This document shows positions 13,154 to 27,671 of a DNA stretch of 64,000 bases, in pieces. This DNA is from the human T2T-CHM13v2.0 reference genome, Homo sapiens, in NCBI RefSeq assembly GCF_009914755.1, contig NC_060941.1. One strand, written 5' to 3'. The number at the start of each line of letters is the position of its first letter. The first letter of the stretch is position 1. Made by a program: the position numbers and the translations under genes. Under the pieces are notes generated by a model. That model was given only the letters and a program-made list of their open reading frames with translations, ran no database searches and was not told the DNA's origin.

Positions 13154-15819
13154 GCGTGTCTGATATTTCTTCTGGGAAATAAAGAGCTAGTGAGACCCTC
13201 CATCTTTTGCCACAGTGCTTCTCTCTACTCTCTCTCGTGGTCCTACTTAGTCTGGTCCCCCACGGCTGCCTAGTCTTTCTGGTCCTTGAAGTCTAGGACT
13301 GTCACTCACTGATTGCCAACTCTTTCCCAGGCGCACTCCCACCCCAAGGACACCCCTTGTGATTGCTGTGGAATAGGCATAGCCACCGCAAATATATCGT
13401 TACTTATATATTCTCCTTTCACCTGCTTTGGAAGAAGAACCGTAAGCATTTATTAAAAATGTCTGAGAAGCTGGCCTGCCTTGCCTACAGCGTTTCAATC
13501 ACCTAATTCAAACAACATTTCCCCCTGGCAACCTGCTCCATCCCCAGCTGAAGCCCCTCTGGCTGGCTGATTTGTAAATGCGAGGGCTTTGGGGGCAGGC
13601 AGCCTAGATGTGACCAACTCTCCTTCTCCTTGGTGGCCATGTCACTCCCACCTGCTTAATGATGCCCAGATGTGACAGTGCACACCCCCTACATACTCTG
13701 AATGTCCCCAGCTGTGAGCTCAGGCCCTTCCCAGACTGTCAGGAAGAGCTCTGGTCTTTAGGGTGCTGTTACTCTGTTCGCTCACAGAGGGGGCCTGAGA
13801 GCCGTATTTGCGGGGAACCTCTCCTTCTGTCTCTTAGGCCAGATAGCAGAAAGGGCTGCATCTCCGTTTACATCACAGAGGGTAGGAGTTCGCGTGGACA
13901 TAAAAGTCTGAAACCTGGGTGGATTCCACCCTGATCGTGCCCAATTCCCAGAAGTCCAGCAGGCAGGAATGTGAGCTCCACGTGCCTAGGGCCTCGAATA
14001 GCATCGTTCCCTTATTAAGAGGAGGCCTCTTGCACAACCGTTTGGAGCCCTACAAACCTTCTTCTGGGAGTTTCATCCCTAACACGTGAGACGGGGACCC
14101 ATCAGGGACTGGTGTGAGGAAGGAGGTTTCCTTTTCTTTGTTGGAAGTCTCCAGGCATGCCTGCCAGTTAGAGAGGAAAGGACACCACTCCTGCAGCTCC
14201 TACAGCAGATTTCGGTCTCCATCCATCTAGGATGAAGAAGAAGATTTGAGCTCTTTTTGGCCTCAACCCATACACATACACACACAGGAAGGAACTCTCT
14301 GATTTTGCCTCTTGCCAGAGTTTTGCTGGCCCAGGAGAAGGCTGAGCTGGGAGTCTGCCACTTTGAGAGGGGCTCGTTACTGGGAAAGTCACTTGCAGAC
14401 ACCATGAGCTCATTCTTGCCACCAGCGGTATAATTAGAGGTTGCATCGGTACAGTTACAGTGGGCGCCACGTCAGGAGGGCTGCGAGGATTTCCCAGGCT
14501 CACTCTGTTTCCTTGTTGCAAGCCTGCCCCTTCCTGTTGGAGCCCGCACGGACAGCTCTCCCGGAACACTCGGGACGGAACCTGGGTCTTCCTCATCTAT
14601 ATCCCATTTCCCTCATGCCCGGGGTCTGCACCTTGTTGAAGACCCTCCTCTCCATACCTTTGGCTCTTTTAGTTCGGGGTGGGGGGCGGCGGAAGCAGAG
14701 AGCATCACAACACATTTCCAAAGAGAAGGAAAAGCCTAGATCATTCTGCTCTGTCTCCTTCTCCCTTCCAAGTGGATGTGATTTTCAAATGTTACCCTTC
14801 TAGGAAAATGCTCACTGAACCCCAGATAGGGCCCTTTTCCTAGCCTTCCATCCCACACATAGTCAACGAAAGGGCAGCCCTGCAGAATCTTGTGAGGGAG
14901 GCTTCAGAGTGGGAGGAGAATTACCCCATGCCCCAGCCAAGGAGCACGAAGGCGAAACCCAGGACAGTCAGATGAGCTGCTCAGCCACAGAAGGCCCAGA
15001 TCCTCCTTAGCCTGCCGTCCCTCTACATCACACTCCATTTCCCACACAGAACCCAAAGGCTGGGCAGGGACAGAATCAGCTTTTCAATATGGTTATTGTG
15101 TCTCTTTTTTTCTATTTTCAATCTCAAATGTAACAGCAGCTAGAACAGAGTGTGCAATTGCAGAGTAAGACTGTATCCTCTGGCAGCCCCGGATCTGTGT
15201 CGGGGACTGGCAGGGACCAGCCAGGAGGCAGTGACGGTGATACCAGGGAGGCAGCGGCACGTGCTTTTGCTCCCTCCTCACGCCTTGTACCCACTCCCTG
15301 TACCCACTCCCTCATCCCAAGTTCTCTGCTTCCCAAGTTGCTGGGGGCTGCCCTTAGCCAAGAAATGCACTCTGGTGGCGATTTTGCCTGGGAAAAGAAG
15401 GTGGAAGGAGTGAGCGCAAGGGTTGGACACAACTCAGTTTAGAAGAAAAATGAGTGAGGCCAGAAGAGGAGGCAGAGTGGAGGTGGCCTTTAAACTATGG
15501 GTCTACAGAACAAAATCACTCATTCGTGCTTCCCAACTACGCCGTTCCCAGCATCTCATTCCTCAGAGTGAGGCTGTTCTCAGGGTTGCTGTAGGTGGGG
15601 CTGGGCCAGGGCCCCCCAGAGTAGAGACTTTCAGCAAAGCCATCTATACTACCTGCAGGGAACTGAGACACCTCACTGCCTTGAAACAAGGGCTTCCAGT
15701 AAATACCTCATGGCATTCATTTTTCCTTTTTGTTCTGTGTTGAAGGTGGAGAAAGGGAAGTAGTGGAAGAGGTAGAAGTGGTTTATTAATCTCAATCGGA
15801 GAGAGAGAAGCCCTGAGTC

Positions 15820-16700
15820 CCTGTCTCAGCTCCAGCTGACATAACAAAATACCATAGACTGGGCAGTGTAAGCAACATGCATTTTGGTTTGTTTGTCAAC
15901 TTTTTGTTTTTATTCTGGAAAACATTTTCAGCATGCATACTAGTAGAGTGTCTAGCATAGAATTCTGCTGTTCAGTATGATAACCACCAGCCATGTGTGA
16001 GACAGAGCACTTCAGACTGGGTTACTGACACACATTGAAATGATTATAGTTTGCAGCTATTGAGTTAAATAAAGATAATTTTAAAAAAGAATTAGCCTAT
16101 TTCTTTTTACCTTGTAAAATATGACTACTGGGAAATTTAAAATGACACATATGGTTCGCATGACGTATTTTGGACAGTGTTGGCATAGACCCCCCTACTT
16201 ATCTATGCCCATTTCAATAGTCATCAGCTTGCGGCTCTTCTTGTTTCATTTACACCCTATGCACTTAATTTTTTTTTTCTGCTTTGATGCCATCTTTACC
16301 AATGTACAGAGCTAAATTTTGTTGACAGCAGACATTTATTTCTCTCAGTTCTGGAGACTGGGAAGACCAAGATCAAGGTGCTGGCTGATTCAGTTCTTGG
16401 TGAGAGGTCCTCTCTTCCTGGTTTGTAGACAGCCGCCTTCTTGCTGTGTGCTGGGTCTGCACGAGGCAGAAGGAGAGAGAGCAAGAGAGAGAGAGAGGAA
16501 GAAAGAGGGAGAATCAGGGTAGAGAATGAGAGAGAGAGGGAGAGACAGTGTGTCTCTTTCTCTTCTTACAAGGACTCTAATCTCATCATGCAGCCCCATC
16601 CTTAAGGCCTCATCTAAACCTAATCACCTCCCAAAGACCCCACCCCTAATACTATCACATTGAGGGTTAGGGTTTCAACATTTGAATTTGGGATTAGACA
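15820..16700 (-). mobile_element. MLT1A-type MaLR LTR interrupted by an old L1 3' fragment (~15880-16320)
   Basis: ataacaaaataccatagactggg (15841) resumes as catttatttctctcagttctggag (~16333). Confidence 0.75.
15963..16182. mobile_element. MER33-like hAT-Charlie element with 8-bp TSD
   Basis: TSD GCATAGAA (15955-15962) and GCATAGAC (16183-16190); end ttggacagtgttg. Confidence 0.65.
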
Positions 16701-18633
16701 CAATCCTAATCCAGGCTCCGTCCCCACCCTCAATTACCCATTAAAATTTGCTTTATGGGAATGGGCCTAAGTGCTCAATGCATGTCCATGGCTGGGTTGG
16801 GCTAGGGGAAGCCTGTATCTTCAGCTTCTCTGTGCTAAGGTCAAAACCACTGTGGGGTCTACTCCTGGCTTTCAAGCCCTGGGATTTGATTGGCTGGGCA
16901 CAGACCTAAACAGATTGAGGTTCCAACTTCTATGCTCTTCCCTGCTTGTGCCCACCAGTTCTCCAGGAAAAGAGGAAAAGAGACATGGAGAAATGGAAGA
17001 GAATATCCCCAAACCACCAATACTGGTGCAGAAATGCTCACTAGCTTGCTGATTGGGAGCCAGATGCAAGCCGGAGAGAAAAAGACGTTAAGAGACCACA
17101 GGAGACATTATTTTTAAACAATAAAGCTGCTAAATGTAGGCTAGGCTAGAGGAGGACATGAGTGCATAAGAAATGGGAATCTTCTCTCTCTGGGCCAGTT
17201 TAGCTATTCTGAGCCACGGGCAGAGCATGGGGAGGTGAGGGTGTGTGCTCAGCCAAGTCTGGTGGAAGCCCAGTGCAACTGCCAGACAGGAGAGGGTGCT
17301 ATAAACATGCTGCTGGAAGACTCAGGAAGGAGGAGGTTGGTGGGGTCAGAATGTGTACTTTGTGGTAGTTTCAGAAAGAAAAATAGCACCCATTTTACTC
17401 ATGAATGTCTTTAATGTGTCTACTATAAGATATGTAAACACCAGGGAGAAGTCTGCCTCTGGGTGGCTGGGACATTGATCTTTGAATTGCACAAAGAATT
17501 AGAATCATTTAGGGCCATTCGAAATCACAGAGTGATGAACTCTAACTTCAACAATGTTTATTTAATCTGCCTAGTACGAGAGCAAGCTAGTGGATTTGCC
17601 TCTCAGAGTCTACACAGCCAAGTGTCACAACTTAGAGGGTGAGTGCCTTTGATTGGGCATGTTCCTGGCCAGCCTCGCGGACCTCCTTGCCCGATTATAG
17701 CCACACCTGCCTCTGGACTTTGCTCTTGGAGATCCCTGTGTCTGAAATGCCCTCCCTCCAAACGTCCCCACCTTCGCTGCATCCGCGTTTAGAAGGTACC
17801 CGGCCAGTGAGACCTCCCCGTCAATTGCTTTGAAAGGGCAATCCCACTCTTGCGTGATGTTCAAAATAGTCAACATTGGAAAAGCAGAGGTACTGACCAA
17901 TCACAGAAGCTACTGCCTGATCCTCTCCACCAGCATGCCCTGCTGTGTGTCAGCCCTGCCAACTCACCAACACACACATGCACTCACTGCAGTGCACACA
18001 TACAGACATTCTCCCTACTCCCCCTTTCTTACCTTTTCCCCTTTAGCACTCTTACCACTATCTGATATATCATAGATTTTACTTGTTTATTTATTGCCTA
18101 CCTTCCCCTGCTAGAATACAAGCAGCTTGAAGGCAAGAACTTTTGCTTATTTGTCCCTGTGTATTTAATCAAAATCAGACCAAGCGATGATATTTGTTCA
18201 ATGTAATCAAAACAATGAGAGAAAATATACATGAAGTGTGAACAGCCTTTCAATTTTATTACTGTGTCTTTACTTCAGTTGACCCTGCAAATTAAGCTAT
18301 TTACACCGCAAATGTGTGTTTTCTGATATCTGGATTTACAGCAAACACTCACTAATCCCTAAAAATTAACCCAGTATTTGACAAATATCTGCAACATATA
18401 CAATCGCATACATTAAATTAATTTCTAAGAAATAAGGCTTTGCAGAGCCAAATAAGTTGAAAGGCAGCGTGAGTTTTAGGCCTGAGGCCACTTCTCAACA
18501 GCTATGCACAATATACACATTCTAAGTTAGGCTATGAATGAGTTAGGGCTGCTTACTTGGTTTCCGAAAACGATACTTCTTTTTATAAAAGTTTACACTA
18601 CAGAATCCTTCAAAGCCAATGCATATAAAATAA

Positions 18634-18898
<265 letters not shown>

Positions 18899-19017
18899 GA
18901 TGGAAGCATTTTTTAGGAGGCAAAATGCAAGATTGAATGAGTGCCAGAACACAGCCTCAGAGAGATCTGAGTTCAAATTCCTGCCTCACAGGTACTAGCA
19001 GAAGATACTGCCTTACC

Positions 19018-19300
19018 CGCCTGTAATCCTGGCACTTCGGGAGGCCGAGGCAGGTGGATCACCTGAGGACAGGAATTCAAGACCAGCCTGGCCAACATGG
19101 TGAAACCCCGTTTCTACTAAAAATACAAAAATTAGCTGGGCGTGCTGGCATGTGCTTGTAATTCCAGCTACTCAGGAGGCTGAGGCAAGAGAATCGCTTG
19201 AACCTGGGAGGCCGAAGTTGCAGGGAGCCAACATTGTGCCATTGCACTCTAGCCTGGGCGACAGATCAAGACTCCATCTCAAAAAACAAAAACAAAAAAA
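19018..19300 (+). mobile_element. AluS inserted in a MIR (~18945-19420)
   Basis: Alu consensus; MIR-like flanks. Confidence 0.9.
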
Positions 19301-19535
19301 CCCTCTTCATTTCTGAGGAGATGGATACAAGTACCTGCCTTATAATGCTGTGAAGATTAAGTGGGATAACACAGAGGGTCTGGCAACTAATAAGGACTCA
19401 ATGATATTAGCTATTAAGATTAAAAAATCATTCTTCAATTGTTGATTAGATTTATGGAACAATTCTGCTTACTGTACTCCTAGAGATAATAGAACAATAT
19501 TTCTAGAGACAATGGCAGTAGAATTTACTCTAGAG

Positions 19536-19769
19536 CAGGGGTTGATAGATATCATATATGGGTCAAATCTGGCCCACCAGCTGTTTTTGTAAATAAAGTT
19601 TTATTGGAACACACCCATGTGCATTCCTTTGCATATTGCCTGTGATTATTCTTGCAGTTACTTGTGCTCTATGACAGCAGAGTTGAGTAGTTGTAACAGA
19701 GACTGTATGGCCTGCAAATTTTAAATATTAACTATATAGCCCTTTAGAGAAAAAGTTTGTTGACTCTTG
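19536..19769. mobile_element. MER58A DNA transposon with 8-bp TSD CTCTAGAG/CTCTAGAA
   Basis: caggggttg...aaataaagttttattggaacac...aaagtttgttgactcttg; TSD copies at 19528-19535 and 19770-19777. Confidence 0.85.
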
Positions 19770-20909
19770 CTCTAGAAGCAAATGAATGCAAGTCATTCCA
19801 CATGTTTTTTAGATCTGGATTCTAGATTATACTCCTGCCTAGGTCTGCTCTCACCATTTGTCTTGTAGGTAAAAGTATCTGTCAGTCCTTCCACACTTGC
19901 CTGAAGCCATCTAGGGCAGCAGCTCAGTGATGTGAGGTTATCTCAGTTTCCCTGCACCTGCTATCTGGCTAAAAATCATACCTAGCAAGAACCTATACAA
20001 TGTAAAGAAGTGGGGCAGAGAACAAACATCCTCTGCCTTGGGTGCAGAAACATTACCCTGGCTTGCTGGTATCACTTTCTTAGCCTGAGGGCCCTGTAGC
20101 CTGCAGGTACCCTCTTTCTGCTTTCGCAGACTTCTCTGGATGTTGTCCTTCCTGCTTTGCTCCACCCCACCTCCCCCTCTTCCTCTGCCTTTGCTGTTTT
20201 GAGCTCATGGCCTCTTCAAGTTTCTCACCCCTTTATGTATAAGCTCCTGGCTTAGATCTGCCTGGACTGGGTCTGCCCATAGCCAGTCAAGCACTGCCGG
20301 CCAATGCTCACGTAAACACAATGAGGACATTTAGTTGAGAACACTGAGGTTGGGGCCCTTTCCTTTCCTTTTACTCCTCTTAAATACCCTAAATGGGACT
20401 AAATCTCCATAAATCCTGTCAACTGGAAGAGTTGAAAGGCTCCCGGGAAATCCTGGTTTCTCTCCCGCTGATTGTGCTGAAGCATTTTATCTAAGGCTGT
20501 TCTCTCCTTGCTATCCTAGTCCCACCTCACCCTCATGCCAATCAATCTCCCTAAACCTATTTTTTACTGCCTCCTTTGAAGCCCATTCCATCACAGGCAT
20601 GCATTTCCTTACACTAAAATACTTTCCTTGCATCTTGCTTTCACCTCCCCATCTTAAAGGTGAAATGACATGACCTACTCCCCCATTCCTAAATGACTGT
20701 ACCTCCTTTTACCTCTATATTATTCAACTGTTGACTTCTAGATAAAGTCAGAAAATTAGACCTGTATACCTAGACTACATAACTTTTACTGCCTTGCTGT
20801 TCCTGAATTTCAGATTGCCATTATGCCAGTTGATTCATTGAAAGATGGTATGAGAAACAGCCCCAAGAGGCAGAAGCCATAAGATTCTTGTTCAATAAGT
20901 TGTGCTTTA

Positions 20910-21276
20910 TACCATATCCTTCCATTGGAGTGATAGTTTGGCTGGGTATATAAAATCCTAGGTTCGAAATAATCTTCTCTCAGGACACTGTAGATATTTG
21001 AGGCCCCTGCATTTCTGATAAAACCTAAGATGTCAGTTTTATGCTTATAGCTTTGCAGACAACCTGTTTGTTTTCTCTAGAGAGAACTCATGCTTCTCAT
21101 TCTGAAATTTCACCAGGTTGTATTTCTGTGTTGGCCTTTTTTCATTCATCCTGCTTAGTGGGCCCTTTCACTCTAGGTTGGGACATGGGTCTTCATTCTC
21201 CTTAAGGAAACTTCCTTCTGTTGAGTATTTGGTCATTTCCGCCTCCATATTCTCTGTTCCCACTTTCTAGGACTCT
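20910..21276 (-). mobile_element. Old L1 ORF1-region fragment
   Basis: gatagtttggctgggtatataaaatcctaggtt...ttctgaaatttcacca. Confidence 0.55.
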
Positions 21277-21438
21277 CAGCAGCTGGATACTGTCCATGCA
21301 GACCAACAGCATGGGCATCACCTGGGAACGTGTTGTAGATGCACTCTCAGGCTTCACTCCAGACCTGCTGAGTCAGGATTTGTTTTCTAAGAAGATTCCT
21401 AGATGATGTGCGTGCACATGACATTTTAAGAAGTGCTG
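21277..21438. mobile_element. MER5A1-like element
   Basis: gcatcacctgggaac...ccagacctgctgagtcag...tgcacatgacattttaagaagtgctg. Confidence 0.7.
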
Positions 21439-22136
21439 CTTTAATTCACTGTCACCTTAGATTTTGTTGAATATGAGGGCGACATGTTAGAAGAGCCCTC
21501 ACTTCTTACCACGACTGTCCCTGGACTCAACCTCTCACATCTTCCCAGGATTAGAAATCAGGGATGAGAAACCCTCTAACTCCCAAGGGATCCTTCTCCT
21601 TTCTGTACCAGGTCCCCTCTGGCATGTTCAGTCTTTTTCTTTCTACAGCTCTTTTCATACCATCTCTAAATAGAAACAGGTATTTCCCAACCTGAAAAAG
21701 CTTCACTTGACCCCTTTGCCTCTTCCAGTTCCCATCCAATTTCTCAATTGGCTTTTCCTGCCAAATTTCTTGAATTCATGCAAAACAGGCTCTACTTCTG
21801 TTTCTTTGCACAGCCCCTTCCTTAACTGCTGGAAACCTGGCTTTTGACTCCCTGCTCTAAAAAAACTTTTTCAAAAGTCCTTAACTCAGCCTTTATTCTT
21901 AGGTCCTCTTGGCAGCATTGGCTACGGCTGGCCACTGTGACCTTCTGAAACATGCTCTGCCCATGACTTTCATGACACCTTGGTGTTGCCTTATCCCACT
22001 GAAGAAAGCGTGAGAATGCCCTCCTCTGGGATGACCTCCCTCTTCTGCCCTTCCCTAAGTGCTCAGCCCAATCTGGCCGCCTCAGAGAGACTTTTCCTAA
22101 CGGTTGCATTCCACATTGATCTACGGACTCCATTCA

Positions 22137-22508
<372 letters not shown>

Positions 22509-23516
22509 TTATTGCAATGACCTTTCCATCTCACCAACCAAATTAAAGCTACCAGGGGCAAGGACACAGTCTGTGCTATTGTGACTGATTGCCTCGTCTG
22601 TTCCCACAGCCCAAGGACAGCTAGACAAGGGGCTGAACCATCATGAAAAGGAATATCGTTTCTTCATCTTCACAGAGATACTGGCAACCCTCAAAGCCAT
22701 GTGCCTGGGGACTACATCTTTCCCAAGGGGGTGTTTTCTTCGAATTCACCCAAAGGTTCTCTGTGGGCTTGCCGTGCCCCTGGAACAGTCTCGTACCTCT
22801 TCTGTGCCCTTTCGGATATTTGTCCCAGCTTGGGGGCATCTTGTCAGTGCAATTGCCTCAGTGTCTGGAAAAGTCTCTCTTCTCCTTTCATACTCATGAT
22901 GTGAGAACATTTCAGAGGTGACTGCTCGGGGCTAGGGTGTAGAAGCATCTTGTGGGTATGTAGAAGGCAAAACTCACTCCTCAAACCAGATTGAAGCCCC
23001 TGGCTGCCCACAGACAGTTTGTGGCCCTTTCGGAAAACCGAGTGGCTGCTTTGCATCCCCGCCTACAGCCTGGGCCTCCTTGTCTAGGGCATGGAAGGAG
23101 GAGAGGCAGAGGAGGCCGGGGGGAAGGCAGGTACCTCTTCCATCACTCCTCTGAGCAAGCTCATAGAATCAAAGAGAGATCCTTAAAGCTGAGCGCTCCC
23201 TCTGCCTTTCTTCCACCCATCCCCATCACTGCTTGCCCAGGGGTCTCCAGCTCAGTAACAGCAGTTCCACTGTTCCTGATGCTCCAGCCAGGCCCTGTGG
23301 GCCCTCCCTGGCATCCCCCTATCTCATCCGTCCATCACCTAGTCTATGCTTCTACCTCTGAAATAGACCCAACGTTTGTACTTCCCCCTGTGTATTTTGC
23401 CATTGTCCTGGTCCAGCCTCACCAAGCCCCGCCTGGGCCTCTACCTTGGCCTGCTAGCTCTCTGCTTCCATTTCTCCAGCCCTCAAGTCCATTCTAGGCA
23501 GGGCAGCACAATGGTC

Positions 23517-23815
<299 letters not shown>

Positions 23816-24001
23816 TAGTCTTTTAAAAGTTAATCACATAATGGGATTCCCCTGCTGAAAACTCTTTAATATTTGATGTTATTATGAAATTATTATTCTT
23901 TAAGGTGTGATCTTGTATTTTGGTTATTCCCCCTGCCCTCTGAAAGAGAGTGCTTCTCATTTAGAGGTACATATCATAGTATTCATATAAGAAATGATGT
24001 G

Positions 24002-24345
<344 letters not shown>

Positions 24346-24949
24346 TCAGGGAGGTAAGAAATTGGTCATGTTGAAACGAGTACACAGGGCTTCACTGGAC
24401 TACTCTACTTTTGCATGTGTTTGAAAAATTTTATAATGAAAAAGTTTAAAAAATGGCAAAGATTCTGCATTTCTCATATGACTAAGGCAAACAAACATCC
24501 TTACCGTGGCCTGCCCTGCCAGCACCTCTGGCCTTATCTCTTGCTATTCCCACCTGGCTTCCGAGGCTCCACCACGCAGCCGTCCATGCGGGCTCCTTTC
24601 CATTCCCACCGACGCCAGGGGGCGTCTCCTCTATCATCCCCAAGGTATGGGATGAAGCCTCCTTTCTCCAGTCTGGCTCCTTCCTGCTAACCTCAGGTCT
24701 CAACTTAAAATGCCCTTTCCAATGCCCTGATTTAAATTTAACTAAAGTTTACTTTCTCACTGCACCCTTTAATTTTTCATTTTTGTGCTTACCACAATTT
24801 TGGTCTGTTTTCCCCGTGAGGGAAGTTCCATGAGGGCAAAGTTCACAGCTGTTTTGTTCAGTGGTGCATACGTCAAGCCCAGCACATGTTGCCAAATGAA
24901 GTGAGATGGCAGCCACACCCTCGGTCCCCCTCTGAAGAAACTGCCCTAG

Positions 24950-25366
<417 letters not shown>

Positions 25367-26349
25367 TGATGATCATTCTCTCTTTCGTTAAGGAAAATAA
25401 ATTTAGAGGAAACATTATAGTCTTCTGTGCTTCCCTCCCCAGACCTATCCCCCTTCCTTCCCCCTAAGTAACTACTGTCTGAGTTTGGTGTGTATTCAGT
25501 TCATACTTTTAATATTTTTATGACAAACGTGCGTATCCATAAACAATATATGGTATGGTTTTACGTGCTTTTAAAAAATATGTAAATGGAATTCTGTGCT
25601 ACATAATATTGTACAACTAATGTTTTCCACTCAGTGTTGTTATATATATGTGTGGATGCATATATATTATAAATTAGTTCATCCATTGTAACTGTTATAT
25701 GGCAATCCACTGTAGGAATACATCGCAATTGATTTATTCATCCCCTTAATGAGGTACATCTGGCTTATCTCCAGTGTTATCTTTGACAAAAAGGCTGGAA
25801 AGAATGTACTTGAATGTGCGTCCCCTCTGTCCATGTCTCTCTGACCCATTAGACTGGCCAAAGCAAATGAGAGAGAACCGGCCAGGTGGCGAGGCAATGG
25901 GACCTTTCATATGCTGCTGATGGTGGGAGTGACAATTGACATAATCGTTTTAGAGAGCAATTTGGCAATATCTAGTTAAGGCGAAAATGCTCAACCCGGT
26001 GATCTAGGAATTATACCTCTGTCATAAATCCTTATCACCAAAGGTAAATTACGTATTTATTTTTCTGCTCAACGGAAAGCATAAAATATATAATATTCTT
26101 TTATGATTTCAAGTTTCTAATGCAGTTTTACATATATTACCTAATTTGACGTTCACAAGCATAGTAGCAGTGTCAGCCCCTTGTTATAAACATGGGAACT
26201 GAGGCCAAAGATAAGGCCACAGAACTGTAGTTTGGTGCTGGGCTCAAATCCCAGTCATTTGACTTTTTGTCCAGGGCATTTTCCATGACCGCAGGCTGCC
26301 TTGCTGTGTTTTCCTGCTGCAAAGAACATCAACAAGCTCTGGGCACTTT

Positions 26350-27308
26350 GGCGTAGATGCTGCTAGGACCCCAACCAGATACATGGGCCTTTGCGGGAGC
26401 TTGTGCCCATCCCCCAGGGGCTGCAAGTGTTGGTGGCTGAAAGGTCACAGCTGCCCTTCCTCAGAGAATTGCCCATGGCCACTAGAGTGGCCTCAGCTGG
26501 AGATGTCTGGAAACTTCCCTTAGCCCCGCATGGCAGGGGTTGCTTTAGCCAATGGCTGACTGATGCAGGTGTACAAGGCTGGCCTTATTGTCTCAAGCGG
26601 GGACAGCTTTGTGGTACCATTCATGCTCCAGAGCTCACTGTGGGCTGTGGGAGGACATCAGCAGAGCCCGCATCTTTGCCTCGCTGCTTTTCCTGACTTA
26701 TTCTGTGTTCCTCATGTCCTCTCGTCTTCCTCCTGGGAGGATTCCTTTAAGAACTCTCCTGCACCAGAATTCTCATCTCAGGCTCCGCTTTGAGGGTGAT
26801 GGTTCTTTATCTTTCTCATGTATGAGAATCACCGTCCAGGTGTGGTGGCTCACACCTGTAATCCCAGCACTTTGGGAGGCTGAGGTGGGAGAATTGCTTG
26901 AGCCCAGGAGTTTGAGACAAGCCTGGGCAACATAGGGAGAACTTGTTCCCACAAAAAATGAAACAAAGAAATTTTCCAGGCATGGTGCATGTGTCTTTAG
27001 TCCCCGCTACTTGGCGGGTTAAGGCGGGAGAATCACTTGAGACTGGGATGTAAAGGCTGCAGCGACCCATACTTGGGCAACTGCACTCCAGTCTGGACAA
27101 CAGAGCAAGACCCTGTCTCAAAAAAGAAAGAAAAGAAACACCAATAGGGTTTGTTAAAGCACACATCGCTGGGCTTCCCCTCCACTGCCTGTTTCAGTGG
27201 GTCTAGGAAAGGGTCCATAATTTGCATTTCTAGCAAGTTGATGCTGATGATGCTGGTCCAGGGACCACACTTTGAGAACCACTCTTCTAAGGACCCTGAC
27301 ATAAGACA
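26350..27308 (+). mobile_element. LTR16-type ERVL LTR interrupted by MER5A (~26797-27284), which is itself interrupted by an AluJ (~26835-27135)
   Basis: LTR16-like ccaatggctgactgatgc...catgctccagagctc...ctcaggctccgct; MER5A end ggaccacactttgagaaccact; LTR end gacataagaca. Confidence 0.65.
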
Positions 27309-27670
27309 GTTGGTGCCAGGAGAAGCAAATGCTAAGAACGGGAGTCTGCAGTTGGATAACCCGCTGGCAATGAGAAACTCAACACTGGTGATAGAAGGAG
27401 AAATGATAGCTCCTGGCATTTGGTAGCGATACAATTTCTGTGACAGCTTACAGTTGGAAGGGGATGTACTGGCTTTTGCAATATTTCTGGCATTGGAGCA
27501 TTATAGCAGAGACAGTAATTATAAGGATTATGGAATTGAGAGGCTGTTTCTGAGAGACACTAGTGCAGCAAAGAAAGAAATGGCGGGCCCAAGTTTATTA
27601 ATCACCAATTCAGAGCAAAGTGTGAAAGTCAGAGGATCTCTTTGGCAGTGAGGTCCTTATCTCCTGGAGC
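27309..27670 (+). mobile_element. ERVL internal region, degenerate gag remnant
   Basis: Begins gttggtgccagg directly after the LTR end; the peptide LAFAIFLALEHYSRDSNYKDYGI resembles the ERVL Gag N-terminus. Confidence 0.55.
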
Positions 27671-27671
27671 T

